This document shows positions 8,173 to 12,800 of a stretch of DNA of 12,800 nt, one piece after another. Source of the stretch: Acidobacteriota bacterium (lineage in GTDB: Bacteria > Acidobacteriota > UBA4820 > DSQY01). Position numbers and translations under genes: made by a program. Where the stretch lies: assembly GCA_049967655.1 (NCBI GenBank), contig JBMFSH010000060.1:1-12800 (forward strand), written 5' to 3'. How positions within the stretch are numbered: the first letter of the stretch is position 1; every line of letters starts with the position of its first letter. Below the pieces are notes generated by a model, which saw only the letters and a list, made by a program, of their open reading frames with translations, ran no database searches and was not told where the DNA came from.

Positions 8173-8592
8173 TTAATGCTTGTGGCTTGGCGGTTCGGTG
8201 GCCAGGCCGACGGTCTCGATGCCGGCCTGTTTCACCTCGTCCATGACGGAGAGCACCTCACCGTACGGAACGCTCTGATCGGCAAAGAGGTAGACCGTCT
8301 TGTCGGGACGGTTCTTGAAGATCTGTTCGAGGTAGCTCTTCATGAGGTTGCGGTTCACGGGTTGGCTGTTGAAATAGACGTAGTTCTTATCCTTCGGTAT
8401 GGTCAGGATCACCCTCTCCTGCCCGCTGATGTTGCTCGTGACGGTCTGCGGGAGGTTGACGTCGATTCCGCGCTCGAAGAGGGGCGTGGTGATCATGAAG
8501 ATGACGAGGAGCACGAGCATCACGTCCACCAGGGGCGTGACGTTGATGTCGGCGACGGGGTCGCCATCCTGCCTATTGGTGTTGAACGCCAT
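8173..8592 (-). CDS. Biopolymer transport protein ExbD/TolR
   Basis: DINVTPLVDVMLVLLVIFMITTP with the essential TM Asp; ADQSVPYGEVLSVMDEVKQAG. SD AAGGAG upstream of ATG 8592. Confidence 0.95.
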   Translation of the reverse strand: MAFNTNRQDGDPVADINVTPLVDVMLVLLVIFMITTPLFERGIDVNLPQTVTSNISGQERVILTIPKDKNYVYFNSQPVNRNLMKSYLEQIFKNRPDKTVYLFADQSVPYGEVLSVMDEVKQAGIETVGLATEPPSHKH

Positions 8593-8605
8593 CCGGGGCT
8601 CTCCT

Positions 8606-9622
8606 TCAGTCCGAAAAGACGCCGGCAACGAGCGCGCCACACCGGCCGCAAGCGCCGTTTCGCATGTTCCGGGAGGACAGCGTGAAGCCCTCCCGGCCGA
8701 TGACCATTGTCGCACAGTTCGGGCAGAAGGTGCTCTCGCCGGGGTGCCCGGGCACGTTGCCCACGTAGACGTAATCGAGCCCCGCCTCCCGGCCGAGGGC
8801 GTAGGCGTGCTCCAGGGTGGCGATGGGAGTCGCCTCCTCGTCCAACATCTTGTAGTCCGGATGGAACCGGGAGATGTGCCAGGGAATGGAGCGCCGAAGG
8901 CCCGCCAGGTAGCGGGCGATGGAGCGCAGCTCCTGGTCGGAGTCGTTCACGCCCGGCACGACGAGCGTCGTGACCTCGACCCAGACGCGGGCGGCCAGAA
9001 GCAGCTCCAGCCCCTCCAGGACCCCCTTGAGGCTGGCTCCGCACACGCGGCGGTAGCGGCCGTCGTCGAACCCTTTGAGGTCCACGTTGGCGGCGTCCAG
9101 AAAAGCGGAGGCCCTGGCGACGGCCTCGCGGGTCAGGTAGCCGTTCGTCACGAAGAGGTTGCGAAGTCCCGCCTCGCGGGCCAGCAGGCCCACGCTCTCG
9201 CAGGTCTCGAAGAAGATGGTCGGTTCGGTGTAGGTGTAGGCGATGGTGTCGCAGGCCTGGCCGATGGCCGCGGCCACCACCTTCTCGGGGGGGGTCTGTG
9301 TTCCCGCCGGCTCCTTGAATTCCCGCACGGCCTGGCTGATCTGCCAGTTCTGGCAGTAGCGGCATCGGAAGTTGCAGCCCACGGTGGCGATGGAGTAGGA
9401 GCGCGTGCCGGGCAGAAAATGGAAGAAGGGCTTCTTCTCGATGGGATCCACGTGGGCGGCGATGAGGCGGTTACGGCAGAGGGTGCGCAGCTCGCCCTTC
9501 GCGTTCACCCTCACCTGGCAGATGCCGGGACGGCCCGGGAGGATCGTGCAGCGGTGGGCGCACAGGTCACACACCACCCGGCCCGACTCGCCCGCGTGCC
9601 AGAGGATGGCCCTCTGCCCCAC
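8606..9622 (-). CDS. amrS: AmmeMemoRadiSam system radical SAM enzyme
   Basis: CDLCAHRC...GICQVR, VDPIEKKPFFHFLPG, GCNFRCRYCQN (CxxxCxxC), YTYTEP, NVDLKGF, WHISRFHP and C-terminal CPNC/CGRC. GTG 9622 lies 1 nt after the PBP1A stop and is preferred to ATG 9679. Confidence 0.92.
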   Translation of the reverse strand: MGQRAILWHAGESGRVVCDLCAHRCTILPGRPGICQVRVNAKGELRTLCRNRLIAAHVDPIEKKPFFHFLPGTRSYSIATVGCNFRCRYCQNWQISQAVREFKEPAGTQTPPEKVVAAAIGQACDTIAYTYTEPTIFFETCESVGLLAREAGLRNLFVTNGYLTREAVARASAFLDAANVDLKGFDDGRYRRVCGASLKGVLEGLELLLAARVWVEVTTLVVPGVNDSDQELRSIARYLAGLRRSIPWHISRFHPDYKMLDEEATPIATLEHAYALGREAGLDYVYVGNVPGHPGESTFCPNCATMVIGREGFTLSSRNMRNGACGRCGALVAGVFSD

Positions 9623-9623
9623 G

Positions 9624-12152
9624 TCAATGATCTTGGGTGATGTACTCGGTGACGGCACGGCAGGCCACGTCCCCTTCATGGGGGAGACCGGGCATGACGG
9701 CCTGCGGGACGGGGCCTTCGCGAGGCGGCCCGATCTCCAGCTTCACCGTGAATGTAGCGCCGCCCCAGGAGACGAGCAAGGCATTGCTGCCCTTGAGGGA
9801 GATGACCGCCGGGTAATCCGCGAGCCAGGCCTGGAGGTCGGATTGGGGGATGACGAGGGCGAGGCCGTCGGTGATGGGATAGCGCTGGAGGAAGTAAGGG
9901 AGCTTAAGCCGGAGGTGGTCCTTCGGGCCGCAGCTGGCCTGGGGCTGGGTTCCCTGCAGGAAGTACTCGTCGATCACCTTGCCGCACGCGGTGCCCGCGT
10001 CGGCGCGAAGGCCGGTCTGTGCGTCGATTGGAACGGTCACGATGTCCGGGGGCTGGACCCAGTCCAGATTCTGCTGCCCGGCGGTGGCCTTCTCCATGAA
10101 CTGCCTCCAGATGGGGAGGGCCACCCGGGCGCCGGTTTCCAGGTTCCCCAGGGATTTGTGGTCGTCCTTGCCGACCCAGACGCCGCAAAGGATCGCCGGG
10201 TTGAAGCCGATGAACCAGCCATCGGTGTACTTGTCCGTGGTGCCGGTCTTGCCGGCGAAATTGCCCTTCATGTCGGCCGCCGAGGCGGCCGTCCCCTCCT
10301 TGAGGACGCCCCTCATGGCCTGGATCATGAGGTAGCTGACCTCGGGAGTGAAGACGGGCTGGGCCAGGGAGCGGATCTCTTCGAGGGTCCTGCCGTCGCG
10401 GTCCGCGATGCGGTTCATGAAGCGGGGTTGTTCCCAGATGCCGTTGTTGTCGAGGGCCGTGTAGGCCCCCGTGAGCTCCCATAGGCTGATCTCGAAGGCG
10501 CCGAGCGCCATGGAGGGGTAGGGGTCGAGGGTCGAGGTGATGTGGAGGCGTCTGGCCGTGTCGATGACCCGCTGGTAGCCGATCTGGTTGAGGATGTGGA
10601 CGGCGGCGATGTTGACCGAGTGCTCGAGGGCGGTCCGGTAGGTGATGAGGCCGAAATAGTCCGGGTCGAAGTCCCGCGGGATATAGCCTTCGGTGCAGAG
10701 CTGGTCCGCGTGTTCGCGTCCCGTCAGAAAGAGGGTGGGTTCGTCGATGACCTGGTCCGCCAGGGTCCTGCCGAGTCCCAGGGCCGTGGCGTAGATGATG
10801 GGCTTCACGGCGGAGCCGGTCTGCCTCATGGCCTGGATCGCCCGGTTGTACATGGACTGCGAAAAGTCGTAGCCGCCCACCAGGGCGAGGACTTCGCCCG
10901 TGTGCGGGTCCATGGCGACGAGGGCCGCCTGGGCCCTGGGCTCCTGGTCCAGCTCGAATTCGGGGGGCGGGCCGGGAGCGGTGACGTGGAGCAGGATGCG
11001 GTCGCCTTCTCGGAAGGTCCGGCCGGCGACCAGTTGCGGCGCCCAGGGCCAGTTCTTGGGCGTGAGGGTGACCTCGGTCTGGCCCATGCGCGCCACCACC
11101 TGTCCGGCGCTGACGCTCTGGACGGTGGCCCAGTAGCGGCCGTCCTTCTCGAACTGGCCGCCCGTGTACTCAGGCGGAGCGCCGTTTCCGCGGCGCGGCC
11201 CCTTGTAGCCGTGGCGGTTGGTGTAGGAGTGGAGGCCGTCCACCACGGCCCGCTGGGCCTGGGCTTGAAGGCCGGGATCGATGGTCGTGTACACCTGGAG
11301 GCCTTTTTCGTACAGAGCCTCCTCGCCGTATTTCTCCTCCAAGTACATGCGGATACGCTCGGTGACGTACGGGGCCCGGCTCTCGCTTTCCGCCGACCCC
11401 GGCGACAGGCCCAGCGGCGCATGCAGGTACTGTTCGTACTGGCTCCGCGTGAGGTACTTGGTCTGCAGCATCCGCAGGAGAACGGCGTTGCGGCGAGCCA
11501 GCGCGCGATCGGGATGGGTGAGGGGGGCGTAGTAGCCCGGGCGCTGGATGAGGCCGGCCAGCAGGGCGGCCTCGGGAATGGTGAGGTCCTTGGCCTTCTT
11601 GTTGAAGTAGAACCGCGAGCTGGCCTCCACCCCGTAGTAGCCGTAGCCGAAGCAGACCTTGTTGGAGTACATCTCGAGGATCTGGTCCTTGCTGTAGTGC
11701 CTCTCGATGTTGATCGCCAGGATGGCCTCCCGGATTTTGCGGGAGATGGTCTTTTCCGGGGTGAGGAAGTACTGCCGGGCCAGCTGCTGCGTCAGGGTGC
11801 TCCCCCCCTGGCCGGGGCTCCCGTGCAGTAGGTCCTGCAAGGCGGCCCTGATGGTTCCGCGGATCGAGATGCCGTGGTGGTGGTAGAAGTCCGAATCCTC
11901 GACGGCGATCAGCGCGTGTATGAAGTTGGGCGAGATGTCGGCGAAGTGGACCAGGGTTCTCTTCTCGGCTCCATATTCCTGAAGCACCTGGCCGTCCCGG
12001 CTGTAGATCCTCGTCATGAGGCTCGGGGTGGTGAACTGGAGGCTGTCCACCTCGGGGATGTTGCGGGTGACGTACAGACCCGCCGATATCCCCGCCACCA
12101 CTCCGGCCAAGAGGAACCAGAGCGCCAGCTTGAGGCCCTTGCCGCCGGGCAT
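9624..12152 (-). CDS. mrcA: Class A penicillin-binding protein 1A (transglycosylase-transpeptidase)
   Basis: N-terminal TM. Transglycosylase motifs EDSDF, GGSTLTQQLAR and RKIRE; OB-like insert; transpeptidase motifs GSAVK (SxxK), HSVN (SxN) and GKTGT. ATG 12152 overlaps the upstream stop (TGATG). Confidence 0.95.
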   Translation of the reverse strand: MPGGKGLKLALWFLLAGVVAGISAGLYVTRNIPEVDSLQFTTPSLMTRIYSRDGQVLQEYGAEKRTLVHFADISPNFIHALIAVEDSDFYHHHGISIRGTIRAALQDLLHGSPGQGGSTLTQQLARQYFLTPEKTISRKIREAILAINIERHYSKDQILEMYSNKVCFGYGYYGVEASSRFYFNKKAKDLTIPEAALLAGLIQRPGYYAPLTHPDRALARRNAVLLRMLQTKYLTRSQYEQYLHAPLGLSPGSAESESRAPYVTERIRMYLEEKYGEEALYEKGLQVYTTIDPGLQAQAQRAVVDGLHSYTNRHGYKGPRRGNGAPPEYTGGQFEKDGRYWATVQSVSAGQVVARMGQTEVTLTPKNWPWAPQLVAGRTFREGDRILLHVTAPGPPPEFELDQEPRAQAALVAMDPHTGEVLALVGGYDFSQSMYNRAIQAMRQTGSAVKPIIYATALGLGRTLADQVIDEPTLFLTGREHADQLCTEGYIPRDFDPDYFGLITYRTALEHSVNIAAVHILNQIGYQRVIDTARRLHITSTLDPYPSMALGAFEISLWELTGAYTALDNNGIWEQPRFMNRIADRDGRTLEEIRSLAQPVFTPEVSYLMIQAMRGVLKEGTAASAADMKGNFAGKTGTTDKYTDGWFIGFNPAILCGVWVGKDDHKSLGNLETGARVALPIWRQFMEKATAGQQNLDWVQPPDIVTVPIDAQTGLRADAGTACGKVIDEYFLQGTQPQASCGPKDHLRLKLPYFLQRYPITDGLALVIPQSDLQAWLADYPAVISLKGSNALLVSWGGATFTVKLEIGPPREGPVPQAVMPGLPHEGDVACRAVTEYITQDH

Positions 12153-12661
12153 CAAGTGGTGAAGAGCTTGTAGAATTGACGGAAACTTTCGTTTTCGCAC
12201 AGGGCCTTGTTGATCGCGAAGTAGTCGTGGACCTGGTTGGTTGTGGTCCGGAGGCGCTGGCACAGGGTCCGAAGCAGGTTGCCGTAAAGCTTGGCCTGTA
12301 GGACGCACGAGCTCTGGACGATCTCGTAGAAGTGCTCGCGGCTCAGCGTCAGGACCACCACGTCCGACTCCGCCTCCACCGTTGCGGAGATGGGCTTCCC
12401 GTCGATGATGCTGATCTCCCCGAAGGTCTCCGGGGGTTCGAGGGTGGTGATGACGATGGGCGTGTCACCCATCGTGCGGTAGACCCTGATCCTGCCCTCC
12501 AGCATGACAAACAGCTTCAGACCGCCGTAGCCCTCCTCGAGGATGCGGGACCCCTTCGGGAACTGCTCCCTGACAAACCGGCCGGTGACCAGGGCGAACT
12601 CGTCCGGTTCCAGCTGCTGGAGGATGGGCAACTGCGCCAACTGTGTCTCGAAGGGGGCCAT
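12152..12661 (-). CDS. Cyclic nucleotide-binding domain protein (Crp-like N-domain, no HTH)
   Basis: LPILQQL..E...FPKGSRILEEG...LFVMLEGRIRV...FGEISIIDGKPISATVEA..LSREHF; 169 aa. SD GGAGGAG upstream. Confidence 0.9.
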   Translation of the reverse strand: MAPFETQLAQLPILQQLEPDEFALVTGRFVREQFPKGSRILEEGYGGLKLFVMLEGRIRVYRTMGDTPIVITTLEPPETFGEISIIDGKPISATVEAESDVVVLTLSREHFYEIVQSSCVLQAKLYGNLLRTLCQRLRTTTNQVHDYFAINKALCENESFRQFYKLFTT

Positions 12662-12681
12662 TCCGACTCCTCCCTCCGCGC

Positions 12682-12710
12682 ATGGTAATATGCTTCTCCG
12701 TGGGAGTCAA
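12682..12710 (-). promoter_or_regulatory. sigma70 promoter of the cNMP-PBP1A-amrS-exbD-tonB-tsaA operon
   Basis: TTGACT (12710-12705), 17 nt, TACCAT (12687-12682). Confidence 0.7.
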
Positions 12711-12718
12711 TTTGATCT

Positions 12719-12800
12719 GGAACCCCCAATCCCGCGATGGAGGAGGGGAATAGCCGTGGAAGGCGCGACAGATCACACACGGTGGGAAAGGGTGTCACAC
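12719..12800. repeat. Dispersed repeat copy 2 (truncated by the window end)
   Basis: 12724-12800 aligns ungapped to 1719-1795 (64/77). 12719-12740 matches the reverse complement of 1962-1983 at 19/22. Confidence 0.85.

Noticed and set aside
12153..12308. Longer PBP1A start at 12308 (also the longer track starts for exbD 8715, tsaA 7557 and amrS 9679)
   Set aside because: These overlap upstream genes extensively. Stop-start coupling or SD sites support the shorter starts.

Overview
High-GC bacterial chromosomal window, mostly minus-strand genes. From left to right: the 5' part of a MarC-family gene (-), an alpha/beta hydrolase (-), an RNase HI with an N-terminal hybrid-binding domain (+), a small PilZ protein (-), an APC amino-acid permease (-), an Ala/Gly-rich 22-aa-repeat protein (-), an internally deleted REP-associated-type HUH (Y1/RAYT) transposase (-), and a tightly coupled minus-strand operon: cNMP-binding protein > PBP1A > AmmeMemoRadiSam radical SAM > ExbD/TolR > TonB/TolA-like > TrmO/TsaA. 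The least explained structure is non-coding. (1) A ~22-bp motif occurs four times (1714, 1962, 5201, 12719), always in the same orientation relative to the adjacent gene and 8-10 nt upstream of its predicted -35 position; two copies bound a ~270-bp hairpin-rich element whose left 77 bp recur at the window end (64/77 identical). (2) A separate GGTATTGTGTCC-type repeat family brackets both the RAYT remnant and the neighbouring repeat-protein gene, resembling a non-autonomous HUH element with cargo. All calls are by-eye motif recognition; no database searches were run.
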